Shown: one piece after another, positions 1 through 12,964 of the stretch
How the letters are laid out: every line of letters starts with the position of its first letter
Numbering within the stretch: the first letter of the stretch is position 1
From: Octopus sinensis
Lineage: Eukaryota
Length of the DNA stretch: 64,000 nt
Assembly (NCBI RefSeq): GCF_006345805.1
Contig: NC_042997.1
Coordinates: forward strand, 190,898,001-190,962,000
Direction of reading: 5' to 3'
Translations under genes and position numbers: made by a program
The notes under the pieces: generated by a model
What the model saw: only the letters and a program-made list of their open reading frames with translations
Database searches by the model: none
Told to the model about the DNA's origin: nothing

Positions 1-920
1 CTAAATTAGAATCTATATTATAGAAAAATCTTCATTACCAATATTTCATCTTTTTTCTGATTGTGTAATTTATTTTCTTTAGGTTATGCTGTGCTGAAGA
101 TTCAAAACAAGGATGAAATGGTGTTATACATACAACGTCTGAAAATTTTAAGACTTTTATGATGTGTAACGAAAAGAAAAGGAAATATTAAATATTTTGT
201 TCACCTTCTTTACTCTTTGATTTAAAATTCAAACTTCCAATCCCACGTTAAGGTAATCTAGAAAGGATTATCTCCCCAGTGATAAACTGACCACCTAGTT
301 GGTAAAAATAAAGTGTCAGTTAAGTAGTGGAGATGAGGTATCGACTTATCCCCAGCCAGCAAAACTGTTGGCCTTGTGCCTAAATTAGAATCTATATTAT
401 ACAAAGTATTCATTGCCGATATTTCATCCTTTTTCTGATTGTGGAGAGGTGGTATCGACTTATCGCCATGCAGCATTAACCTATTAAACATAGGAAACTT
501 ACCGACCTCTTCAGAGTTTCTCACGTTTTGTTAATCATTATTCTTTTAATCGAAGCGTTCGAGAGTGGCAGATTCACTTGAGAACGGGACTAAATGAGTA
601 TCGATATTTAAGTAAAACCCAAGGCGGCGTGCTAGCAGAATCGTTAACATGCCGGGGAAAATGCTTGACGATATTTCATCCAACTTTACATTCTGAGTTC
701 AAATTACGCCGAGGTCAACTTTTGCTTTTCATCCTTTTGGGGTCCATAAAATAAATACCAGTTGAGTACTGGGGTCGATGTAATCGACTTACTCTCGGAA
801 TTGTTGGCTTTGTGCCAAAATTTGAAATCGATATTTAAGTAAAACCCTAGACCAAGAATGAGCAAATTTTTTCGAGAATCGGGCCGCATGAATCACGACT
901 CATCATCAGTTGGGTCACAG

Positions 921-1492
921 GGATCTTTGCCACTGACAGATTTTTAAAATAATTTTTTGCAACTAAACACTTTCAAACTTCAGACACTGGTAGAATGTGT
1001 CATATAAAATATCTTTTACTCTTAGCATTTTTGAGAAAAGCTTATATTTAGGAAATTATTTCACGTTCAAGTTGTCGCATTACGGTAATTTCAACCAATC
1101 AATGACGTGTATTCAGCTAAATAAAATTACTGCCATTGCTTGTCAACAAGAACTTCCGGCGGTGTATATTTCGTTTGTCACTGTTATTTATAACAACCCT
1201 AACCCTAAAACCTTAAAGCTAAAACGCATGAACGATGTCATAAATAACAGTGTCAAACGAAAAATACACCGCCGATAGTTGTTGTTGACAATTAATTTTA
1301 TTCAGCTGAATACACGTCATTGATTGAAATTACCGAAATACGACAACTTTAACGTGAAATAACTTCCTAAATATAAGCTTTTCTCAAAAACGTTAAGAGT
1401 AAAAGATGTTTTATATGAGACATTCTACCAGTGTCCGAAGTTTGAAAGTGTTAGATACAAAAAATTATTTTTTAAATTTGTCGGTCAAGATT
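921..1492. mobile_element. MITE with long terminal inverted repeats and an internal telomere-like tract
   Basis: Arms (~957-1130 and ~1290-1490) are reverse complements. Starts GGATCTTT like the copy at 58227; central AACCCTAACCCTAAAACC. Confidence 0.7.
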
Positions 1493-2189
1493 TTTTTAAT
1501 TTGTCGGTCAGCTTCAGAACTAAAAATAATTACCGTTTTTTTTTTGTATTATTTTGTTTCGTTTTTTTTGCATGACACTCGGGAAGTTCCGCAGACCGCA
1601 ACTTGGCCATGACTGACCTAATCTATCATCTCATGAGATTCAGGTTTTCATTACAACAAACTTATTTATTTTCACTGCACTTCAATCAAAGAAAGAAGCA
1701 ACGAACTCTCCGACAAAAACATTAACTGAAAAAAAGTTTTTGGCTCTTCCTCAGTATCACAAGAGTTAACTTTGCTCTTTCATCATTCCGAGATCAATAA
1801 AATAAATATCACTCAAGTACTGGGATCAATTGAATCGTTACTGCCTTTCATCAATATTTGTAACCTTGTGGCAATATTAGAATTTAGAACTTTTTTTTTC
1901 TTTCCCAATAGAGACTAAGAGACGAGGGAAAAGATGAACTTTGTCCGAAGAATAAAAACAATCATGTCCTCATAGCACATGATTTTATTTTTTTTTTTTA
2001 AAGAATTCTGTTAATTGGAAGAAGGTTTGTTTTGATTTGGGTTTGAGGTGGAGGCGTTCTTTAAACGAACATCACTTCAGAATTCATTTATATGTGTAAT
2101 TTCAATGGTTTGGTGACAGATTTAAAAGATGATCAATTAGTTACAGGACGTTCTTATTTTGAACGCACATCCGTACAAAGACACACACA

Positions 2190-2211
2190 TGCCTGTGCAC
2201 ATATATACATG

Positions 2212-2242
<31 letters not shown>

Positions 2243-2328
2243 TGTGTGTGCGTGTGTGTGTGTGTAAAGTACCGATGAAATACTGGGTCAGTATAATAGA
2301 CAAACCCACCCTCCCAAAACTGATTTTG

Positions 2329-2382
<54 letters not shown>

Positions 2383-2741
2383 TACGGTGATGTACTTGCA
2401 TAGCAATTGACCTGATCTGAGATCGTGCGCTGGAACGAAAACAATTGCAGCGTGGAAGGTGTTTATAAGCCATTTAAGAAACACACAAAACCATTATATT
2501 CACTTCAACATTTAAATTTAATTTGTCGAAATATTTTCGTCGCTTTGAGACCGCGACCTGTTGTGTGTGTGTGTGTGTGTATACATATACATGTATGTGT
2601 GTGTTTGCATATAGTATATATGAATGTATGCATATATATATATGTGTGTGTGTGTATGTGTGTGTGTGTTTGTGTGTGTCTGTGTCTGTGTGTGTGTGTG
2701 TCTGTGTGTGTGTCTGTGTGTGTGTGTGTGTGTGTCTGTGT

Positions 2742-2800
<59 letters not shown>
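2190..2800. repeat. Compound (GT)n/(AT)n microsatellites
   Basis: Directly visible; source of several spurious CV/HT ORFs. Confidence 0.95.
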
Positions 2801-2803
<3 letters not shown>

Positions 2804-3544
2804 GCAATTTAGCTTGGCCGAATCAGTCACCTTTTACACTGAAATTTCCCTGGCGACTGGTTTATCAAATATTACCTGGTAGTTTGAAGAACAGACAACG
2901 GCACTCAAGACGCATACAGCTGATTGGTTAGATGCAACTGAAGTCGTTCCTATGCAGAATAGAACATCACACGGCAGGGGAAAAAATTACTTCCTATGTT
3001 AATTGTAAAATGGTAGATAGCTCTCAATGTATAAGACTTAAAGAGCGAGTAATGACTCTTTGACCAACAGGACTTTCTGAACTGCACGCCTAATGAAATG
3101 TTGCCTTCAATTTTTTTAGTAGTGCAGCCCACCTGACGATGATCTATGTCCCATGCGACCCACTTCTCGAAAAATGTTGCCCATGCCTGGTTAAATTAAA
3201 ATATAATGGGAGAACGGAAAAAATTATTACATGCTTGGTATATTATGGGGTTGTTGAAGCACCCGGGTCGTTAATATCTAAGCTTAACTTTCAATTCCGT
3301 ATAAAGTATTGAATAGTTATGCAAATGTTGCCAATCTTGCACCCCATCTTGAAGGGCTATCACCCTGTACAATCATCGTTAACACTCTAGCTCTTTCATG
3401 TTCGTTTAAACATTATGATACACTTGATGATAGTATATTTAGACCTTAATTATGATAAAATCGCAGACTACAGCATACACGTGATCACAAAAACATAAAT
3501 TTCTCAAGTAAGCCCGGTGAAAGAATCTTCGTAAACTGTCTCAA

Positions 3545-3640
3545 GAAAGTCACTACTAGCTCTCACTAGGTATGCGGCCGTGTGCTGCCATCTGTTGACG
3601 CGCTACAGAACTAGTCCGGGAACTTTTTGATACCACCTCG
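3545..3640 (-). mobile_element. Tc1/mariner-like terminal fragment
   Basis: Minus strand reads CGAGGTGGTATCAAAAAGTTCCCGGACTAG, a typical mariner TIR. Confidence 0.5.
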
Positions 3641-3866
3641 CAGACAGACAGACAGATAGATAGATAGATATAAACACACATACATACATACACATAGGTT
3701 GTTAAATGCTCGAAATACGAGAGTAGAAAAAGAGCCAACAACTTTATGTTGTTTGTCTTGTTTTCCATTTATGTCTTTCGTTGTTCGAAAAACTAGCTCA
3801 TATTCCATGTACTCGTACATCGTCTTTTTTTTTTGTACACGCTTCATGACGTCCTGTTTCCACATA

Positions 3867-3909
<43 letters not shown>

Positions 3910-4396
3910 TATATATATAGTATAGATGTGAGTATGCATGCATATATATATACTCTTTTACTTGTTTCAGTCAATTGACTGCGGCCATGCTGGAGCACCG
4001 CCTTTAGTCGAGCAAATCGACCCCGGAACTTATTCTTTGTAAGCCCAGTACTTATTCTATCGGTCTCTATTGCCGAACCGCTATGTATATATATATATAT
4101 ATATATTATATAAACACCCATGCATATGTACACATATGTATATCTACATATATATATATACATATTTGCACACACACACACACACACACACCCACATATC
4201 CATACAAACACTTATACATACGTAGACATATGTAGATATACATAGATATACATATATATGTACACATGTATAAATACCTATACATAGGTATACATATGTA
4301 TATATACATATATATATTCTTTTATTCTTTCACTTGTTTCAGTGATTTGACTGCGGCCATGATAAAGCACCGCTTTTAGTCGAACAAATCGACCCT

Positions 4397-4464
<68 letters not shown>

Positions 4465-4904
4465 TATTATAAAAGGCAGATTATATCTGCCTCCCTTTGG
4501 GAGTTATACAAATCTACAATATAGGATTTCTTCAATTACAATTTACCTAGCAATTTTAAGAGTACAATGCATCGCGTCATGCCAGGTCCAGTTTTTAAAA
4601 TTTAAACTCCAATTAAGCAAAATTTACAGAAAACTCACATTCTGTGTGTGTGTGTCAAATGCTTTTCTTAGTCTGGTTTACACCACACGCAAACGCACAC
4701 ACACAGTGGGCAACGAATAAAGTGAAACTAGATGTAATATTTGTTTCTCTCTATCACGCTGATAGATACATGAGTAAAATGTATGGGAAGCTAACACATA
4801 AGTGTGAGTGAAAATGTTCTTGGAAGAGAGTAAATAGCCAGAGATAGTGATTTGAGGAAGACTTTACATAAATAACCGTAGTGGCTTGTGTTAGTAATAA
4901 AGTA

Positions 4905-5360
4905 AACATACACTCATACATACATACATACATACATACATACATACATACATACATACATACCACACACACACACACATACATACATACACACACACAT
5001 ACATACACACATACATACATACATACATATACATACATACATATACATACATACATACACACACACACACATACACACACACACAGTATTGAAGCTTGAG
5101 AACAATCAGATACATTTGCAACACATCTGTTGAAAATATTATTGTTCACAAACATACATATACATATATACAGACAGACAGACAGACAGACAGATAGACA
5201 CACACACACACACACATGATCCAGCCTGGCCACAACCTCAAGGCTGAAACATATAAAAGAATAACAGAATATAAATGTGTGCATGTGTGTGAGAGAGAGA
5301 GTGTGTGTGTATATGTGTATGTATGTATGTATGTATGTATGTATGTATGTATGTATATAT
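4905..5360. repeat. (TACA)n/(CA)n/(GACA)n/(TATG)n microsatellite cluster
   Basis: Directly visible. Confidence 0.95.
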
Positions 5361-5539
5361 AATAATGCGGTTTTTTCAACAGCTTGAACTAAAAGTCAGA
5401 GGGGAATGGGATAAACTACTTATATTAACTTGCTAAAAAGCAGGTAGGTAGTAATTTTATCTTGTCCTTATTCATAGTGCAAGTTTTGAAGAGTGCATTT
5501 CGATTTTAACAGCTATTTTTTTCAAAGCTATATTGGAAC

Positions 5540-5749
5540 AGCCTAGAAGACGAGCCTCATCCTGAAAGATCTGTAGAACTCGACAAGGACATCCTGAAAA
5601 CCCTGGTGGAACAAAATCTCATCGTAACTGTTGAGGAACTAGCAGAGAAGCTTGGATTTGGTCATTCAACCATTCATTGAGACCTGTGTGCTATCGGAAA
5701 AGTCAGCAAATTGGGTCAATGGGTTCCTCACGAACTTTCCGAGTCTAAT
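5540..5749 (+). mobile_element. Mariner transposase fragment (pseudogenised)
   Basis: Translates SLEDEPHPERSVELDKDILKTLVEQN...TVEELAEKLGFGHSTIH*...KVSKLGQWVPHELSE: HTH region plus the diagnostic WVPHEL motif, with one in-frame stop. Confidence 0.9.
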
Positions 5750-5814
5750 TGCATGCGAGAGTGAATGTATGCTTTTCTTTGCTGTCACATCTCACCACTA
5801 CTGCGCTATGTATA

Positions 5815-6451
5815 TCTATATATATAAAACTGTCGTTGTGTGAGTGTCTGTCCCCTTCGATTTAGATTCCTAACTACTCCCACATTTTGCGGTGCAGTTT
5901 AACCAAATTCGGGTAGCTTATAGTCGTGATTCATATCGAGCCCGTCTGAGTATTAGCGCGCGTCTACGATGAGTCTACGATTTAAAAATAATTTAACATC
6001 ATTTTTTATTCCATTTTTAATGCATAATTTTTCGTGTGTCGATGGCGGCGGAGTTGGCGTCCACGCTCACACCTGCACCTGTGGGGAAGGGAGTGTAAGG
6101 AAATCAACGTCGTAATGCGTTGTCAAGGAGACCAGCGTTCTTTTAGAACAACGACTTCATGGCTTGAAGACACCACAAAACAGAAATGGCTAAGAAAGCG
6201 TCTACATGAGTCTACGATTTAAAAAAAAATTTACCATCGTTTTTTTCCATTTTTAATGCATTTTTTCGCTACTATATAAGGGAAGTAACTCTCTGAAAAT
6301 GTCTACGATGAGTCAACGATTTTTCAAAAAATTTACCATCATATTTTTTCCATTTTTAATGCATTTTTTGCTATTTTTTGGCTATAACTCTCTAAAAAGC
6401 TTATATAGTTATTTCCCTTACAAACCGAGCAACGCCGGGCGATACTGCTAG
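5815..6451 (+). mobile_element. Non-autonomous Helitron
   Basis: A|TC TATATATATAAAA 5' end; CCGAGCAACGCCGGG subterminal hairpin; CTAG|T 3' end; no TSD. Confidence 0.8.
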
Positions 6452-6466
6452 TATGATATATATATA

Positions 6467-6499
<33 letters not shown>

Positions 6500-6535
6500 C
6501 AACACTATATATAAACGTGCATATATTTAGTGTTC

Positions 6536-6583
<48 letters not shown>

Positions 6584-7426
6584 TGTGTGTGTGTGTGTGT
6601 TGTGTGTGTGTGTGTGTGTGTGTTGTTGTGTGTGTGTGAAAGTGCAATAGAGAGAATGAGAGTTCTATCGATCGAGTCAACATGGAAGGAGTCAACCAGT
6701 CGCCATCTCACCAGTGTTTCGTTCCCTTTCATTGTAGTCCCACCACCGAGGGATACAACTTCAATGTTTGACGACTGTGTTGTTAAATTAAGTCTGCCTT
6801 GTAATCAAACACACCTTGGCAGAAAATCAATATGTGGCATTAATCTGGAAACAGATGTTGCTGCTTATATTCTAAGAAGCCTACCCATTGCAACATTGCT
6901 CATCAATGGTGTTTTACGTATTGGGAAACTGATAGGCATATGATCTAGATCCGTGGTTCTCAACCGGAGTCCATATAAGATTTCTTTGAGTCCACGCAGC
7001 AAAATAATAAACTGGGGATCCACGATAGTATTTTTATTTTAAGGGTCCCTAAAAACTTTTTGTATACTGTCAACATAACGTGGCAGCTCCGTAAAGGGAA
7101 TTACACTACCGCTATTTAGCCCTAGGAAGCATCGACGCTTCCTGTCGGCTTTGACACATTTCCTGTGTCCTTATATGTGTCAAAGCCGACAGGAAGCGTC
7201 GATGCTTCTTAGGGCTAAATAGCTATAGTGTAATTCCCTTTACAGGACTGTCACGTTATGTTGACAGTATACAACCAGTCCATCACTCCACCACCGCTTA
7301 TGACTCTTTGAGACATTTAGAAATTCAATATTTCTAAAAACTTTTTGTTTTAGATCTATGTATTGCAAGAAACACCAAGATTTCTTTCTCTAAAATTTCA
7401 ATTAGTTTAAGCGATGCGGAGTATGC

Positions 7427-7715
7427 GGAGGCGCAATGGCCCAGTGGTTAGGGCAGCGGACTCGCAGTCGGAGGATCGCGGTTTCGATTCCAAGACCGGG
7501 TGTTGTGTGTGTTTATTGAGCGAAAACACCTAAAAGCTTCACAAGGCTCCGGCAGCGGGTGGTGGTGACCCCTGTTGTACTCTTTCGCCACAACTTTCTC
7601 TCACTGTTTCTTGAGTTACGCTGCGATGGACTGGCGTCCCGTCCAGCTGGAGGGGAACACATACGCCACAGAAACCGGGGAAACGGGCCCATGAGCCTGG
7701 CTAGGCTTGAAAAGA
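7427..7715 (+). mobile_element. tRNA-derived SINE (family B)
   Basis: A-box TGGCCCAGTGG and B-box-like GGTTTCGATTCC; related copy at 13646. Confidence 0.8.
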
Positions 7716-7879
7716 GGAAAGAGGATGCGTAGAATGTACGTATGTATATATGCATTTATATTATTATCTATGTATGTATGGGTGTTTGTATGTGTGTGTG
7801 TGTGTGTCTGTGTTTATCGACTTAAAACCCTTTGTCTGTCCCCTCTATGTTTAGCCCCTTGTGGGCAATAAAGAAATAA

Positions 7880-8460
7880 GAATCGTTAGCACGCCAAGCA
7901 AAATGCTTAACAGCATTTCGGCTGTTTGCGTCCTGAGTTCAAATTCCGCCGAGGTTGACTTTGCTTTTCCTCCTTTCGGGGTCAATAAAATACGTACCAG
8001 TTGAACATTGATGTCGATGTAATCAACCCTTCCTGACCTCCCCCAATCTGCCCTTGTGGCAAAAATTTGAAATAATAATTATTATTGTTATTATTGCGAA
8101 GGCGGTGAGCTGGCAGAATCGTTAGCACGCCAGGCTAAATGCTTAGGGGTATTTCGTCATCCTTACATTTTGAGTTCAAATTCCGCTGAGGTCAACTTTG
8201 CCTTTCATCCTTTCAGGGTCAATAAATTAAGCACCAGTGTAACACTGAGGTTGATTTAATCGAATAGTCCCCTCCCCTAAAATTTCAGGCTTTGTGCCTA
8301 TAGTAGAAAGGATTATCATCATTATTATTGTGAAGGTAGCGAGCTGGCAGAATCGTTAGCACGCAGGGCGAAATGCTTAGAGGTCGAATTTGCCTTTCAT
8401 TCTTTCGGGGTCGATAAAATAAGTAACAGTTGAGCACTGGGGTCGATGTAATTTATCTTT
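7880..8460 (+). mobile_element. Three consecutive SINE copies (family C, gagctggcagaatcgttagc head)
   Basis: Head/body motifs recur at ~7880, ~8100 and ~8335; same family as the unit of the 49.4-50.9 kb array. Confidence 0.8.
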
Positions 8461-8778
8461 GCATCCGACCCGGACCACCATACATTTCTTCGGTTTTCTT
8501 TTTATTTATTTATCGTTTATATTTTACTTATTGTCCTCATTACACTGCGGCCATGCTAGAGCACTGTCTTGGAGAATTTTTTAGTCGAATGAATCTACCC
8601 AAGTACTTATTGTTTTGAAGCCTAGTATTTTTTTTAAAAACCTGGCTGGGTATTATGCCAAACCGCTAAGTTACACGGACGTGAACACACCAGCATCGGT
8701 TATCAAGCGATGGTGGGAGGACAAACACAAACACACAGATACACACACACACACACACACACATACACACACACACAC

Positions 8779-8852
<74 letters not shown>

Positions 8853-9151
8853 TACGATGGACTTCTTTCAGTTTCCTTCTACCAAATCCACTCACAAGGT
8901 TTTGGTCGGCCCGAGGCTATAGTAGAAGACACTCGGCCAAGGTGCCATGCAGCGAGACTGAACCCGGAACCACGTGGTTGGGAAGCAAGCTTCTTACCAC
9001 ACAGCCACTTTTGGTCAGGACTAGAACGAATAATGAGAAAATAGCAGCAAAAAAAAAGAAATGACAAAAAGATAAATGGAAAGAAAGGAAGCAAAAGAGA
9101 GAGAGAGGGCAGGAAATGAGATTGATGGAACTTATTGTCCGTGATTGTCCT

Positions 9152-9223
9152 GGCGGCGGCGGCGGTGACAGCGGCGGCGGTGGTAGCGGCGGCGGCGGCG
9201 GTGGTAGCGGCGGCGGCGGCGGT
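9152..9223. repeat. GC-rich (GGC)n trinucleotide repeat with GGTAGC interruptions
   Basis: Directly visible. Confidence 0.95.
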
Positions 9224-9647
9224 AGAGCATCGACGTTGCGATGGTAGAGATGATAACGCCACAGGTGGTCGGAGTTTCTGGTTTTGGTCGGTTCGTTCAT
9301 TCGTTCGTTGGCTGCATGGTTAGTTGATTGGTTGGTCGGCTTGGTTGTTGATGAGGGTGGGGTGGCTGTCGTTGTCGTGGCGGCGCCGATATTGTCAGCG
9401 GTGGTCGATATTGGCAGTGTAAGCCTGATCGTTCCAGTTATGCTGATGGCTGGTTGATTTGCTGGTGAAGGAACTGGTGACGCTGATTGTACACAGCAGT
9501 GACAGGAGTGTGGGGAACTAACATTATTATTGTGTCATTGCTGACACAGAGATCAGTGTCGTGAATTGAAGTATCATAAGTAAAGGAAATTATCTGGGGA
9601 AAAGGGGAAATGAATCGATTCAAGAAACCGAGGTCAAAGAGGAAACG

Positions 9648-9689
<42 letters not shown>

Positions 9690-9879
9690 GAATTATTATT
9701 TCTTAATCTCTGAATGAGAGACATTCAGTAACAGTACTCTACAGTAAAGAATATTTACCAACATAATGTGGCAGTCCTGGTTTGTCGGATAGCCAGCTTG
9801 AGACGATGCTACCCGGGGCTAAATAACAGTAACAATCGTCCTAACCACGACTGCCACATTACATTGGCAAATAATCTTA

Positions 9880-9900
9880 CTATATATATATTATATATAT

Positions 9901-9954
<54 letters not shown>

Positions 9955-10032
9955 ATATATATATATTACATATATACATATATATATATACATATATACT
10001 ATCTATATATATATATATACATATATACATAT

Positions 10033-10067
<35 letters not shown>

Positions 10068-10097
10068 ATATAATATATCTATATATATATATATAAC

Positions 10098-10129
<32 letters not shown>

Positions 10130-10168
10130 TATATATATATATATATATAATGTAATGTATGTATGTAT

Positions 10169-10204
<36 letters not shown>

Positions 10205-10262
10205 ATATAATATAATATAAATATATATATATAATATATATATATTATATATATAATATATA
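9880..10262. repeat. Long degenerate (AT)n microsatellite
   Basis: Directly visible. Confidence 0.95.
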
Positions 10263-11234
10263 AAATATTATAGAGACCAAACACTATTTTGCAAAACAAA
10301 CAAGGAAAGACTAATCAATACATAATTTTATAATGATATATCGCTCACGGCTTTATTAAAATTTACCCAAAATATCCAAGAGGAAAGGAGATAGACAAAG
10401 AACATGTTTTACAAACAACGGAGTCGCATGAACGATCGTACTGCATTACCTTTGGATATCCTTGTTGCTTATTGTATATATATAACTTAGATTGGTTTCG
10501 GCCATTATCGGCCTAGGCCATGACTAACTCATGACTATTTATTAAAATTTTATGTATGATTAAGTCTTTCCTTGTTTTTGCAAAATAGTGGTTGTCTCTA
10601 ATAATATTTATAATATTTTACTATAAAATGGATTTAATCCTAAATCTGATTTTTTCCCTGTAAATTTGGATTTATTCCCTAATATTATTATTTATATATA
10701 TATATATATATATCTTATAATATATATATAATATATATTATTATATTATATATATATATATAATATAATATAATATAATAATATAAATATATATTAGAGA
10801 TAAAACCACTATTATGCACAGATGAATATGGTTCTTAAGTTGAGGCACAGAATTAGTATGGTATTATCCATACAATTTCAAAATAAGTGATTAAAATCAA
10901 AATAAACAACAAGGATATCCAGAGGTAATGCAGTACAATCGTTTCATGCGACTCCATTTAGTTGAACAATGCAATCATTTCATTACATCAATTTAAAATG
11001 TAGAGCATCTTCAGCTGCAAAAGACATAGAATTAATTAAATTAGAAGGACACATTAGTATAATTTTACCCAAAATCTCCAAGAGGATAAGGAGATAGACA
11101 AAGAACATGTTTTACAAACAACGGAGTCGCATGAAACGATCGTACTGCATTACCTTTGGATATCCTTGTTGCTTATTGTATATATATAACTTAGATTGGT
11201 TTCGGCCATTATCGGCCTAGGCCATGACTAACTC
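10255..11234. mobile_element. Rearranged Penelope-like/pLTR-type repeat cluster
   Basis: Direct repeat 10360-10530 / 11061-11234; inverted pieces 10262-10330 / 10550-10620 and 10915-10955 / 11123-11165; hammerhead-like motif. Family assignment is inference. Confidence 0.5.
10930..11019 (-). ncRNA. Type I hammerhead ribozyme-like motif
   Basis: Minus strand: UGCAG-CUGAAGA-stem II-GAAAC-GAUU-GUA|CUGCA. 5-bp stem I; one extra U before GAAA. Confidence 0.5.
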
Positions 11235-11239
11235 AATAG

Positions 11240-12200
11240 CACCACCTGGAAAAGTCTTTTAGTTAATTATTTCGGGACACCATGGATCACTGAAGCAGAG
11301 AGTTGTTGGTTGAGACGTATCCAGATGTAGATGGTTTATCCGGTATTTCCTGGAGAAATTTGTCCAGGTACCATCTGAAAGTTGTGGGGTCTTTTTCTAC
11401 TTTAATTTCTTTCGAGATAACATTGAAAAGAGCAGGACCATTTGCAGTGAAGAAATTGTGTCGCAATGTTCTTATGTGATGTGCTTTTGACCTTTGTAGG
11501 GGACGCAGTGCATGGGGGCCTAGTCTTGGGTGAATTGTAAACATTATACTGATATCATTTGGATAATATTGGTGGAATATTTTCCACGTGGTGCAAATGA
11601 TATATCGCTCACGGCTTTGTTGCTGAGAATAGAGCTTCAGTTAAGTCGGGCCCAATAATCAAGTCCCATCATGCCATATATTTCTTTATTGATGGATCTT
11701 TGTGACGCTTCGATCCTCATTGTGTCTTGTTTTTGTAGGGGAACCACAATGAACAGCAGTATTCGAGGTGAAGCCTAGCGAAAGTGAATAAGAGAAGGAT
11801 GATGGTTTCATGATCCCTAGATTGAAAAGTTCTGAGGACCCATGAGCACATTCTGTGGGCAACATCGACATTTTTTATTGATATGCACACTCCAGCTAAG
11901 GCTGCTGTCGACAGTTACACCTAAGTCTCTGATAGTATCCGACGCTTCAAGTAGGTCTCCAGACGATAGTGTATATGGTTGTTTGAGTGTGCCCTCTTTT
12001 CCAAACTGGATGAGCTCAAATTTTTCTTCGTTCAGCTGCATTTTTTTTTTGTGCCCACTGGGTTACTGCGCATAGATCCGATTGAAACATCGTTCGATCA
12101 TATGCTCCCTTAATGACTTTCTGGAGCTTAAAGTCATCTGCAAATATTTTAATGGAATCTGCAATGTCACTGATATAGACAATAAAAAGAAGTGGACCTA
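11240..12200 (-). mobile_element. CR1-clade LINE 3' fragment (RT C-terminal part)
   Basis: Minus strand encodes LGPLLFIVYISDIADSIKIFADDFKLQ (RT FADD motif), MQLNEEKF...RDLGVTVDSSLSW and ...FFTANGPALFN...DKFLQEIPDKP, with frameshifts. Confidence 0.88.
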
Positions 12201-12633
12201 GTTCTAGTTCGAATCACACGTGTCTCGAGATGTACTGAAGATTTTCTATTTTGGATATATTTGGGATATATTTAGGTCTGCTCATGACTTAGTGCTTGCT
12301 TTTTCCATGGGCATGCGTAAGTATTTCATTTATGTCTTACGCATTTATCGCTGACGAGGAGAAAATTCTTATTAATTAACTCTGGAATTGGGACCAATAC
12401 GGTTATAACGGAATTTTTTAGAAATTTCTCTCGGCTTGTTTCGAGACGCATGTTAATAGTGATAAATTATAATGGTTATTGAAAATTTGTCTATTTTCAG
12501 CATATTTGGCATTAGAATTTTTTTCTTTTGCGCTTGTTTTATAAGTTATTTGTAAATTCAACCTTTATAGGTATTTTTTTAATATGCTGGCCATTGATAA
12601 AAAATTTTTTCGAAAAATTTTATCCTATATAAG

Positions 12634-12708
<75 letters not shown>

Positions 12709-12888
12709 ATATATACATACACACACACACACGCGTTTTTTTCTTTCTTATGGTAATCAGCAGAAGTTACAGAGTGACTCAAAGGCCGAGTTACTCTTCT
12801 GCCGATTATTTAATAAAAGGCATATGTACGCATGTTTTGAATTTAATTTTTCCTCTTTGCATCACCAAAACTACACACACACACACAC

Positions 12889-12964
<76 letters not shown>

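Noticed and set aside
6700-6800. Possible minus-strand micro-exon (SSNIEVVSLGGGTTMKGNETL|GTGAG)
   Set aside because: The acceptor is weak, there is no homology, and no compatible partner exons were found.
7427-7500. tRNA gene-like sequences (also 13646, 14109, 34085, 57041)
   Set aside because: They have A/B-box heads but continue into SINE bodies, with no complete cloverleaf or acceptor stem.
12344-12475. Hammerhead-like CTGACGA...GAGACGCATGTT motif
   Set aside because: The GAAA box is mutated and stem I is not adjacent to the core; too degenerate to call.
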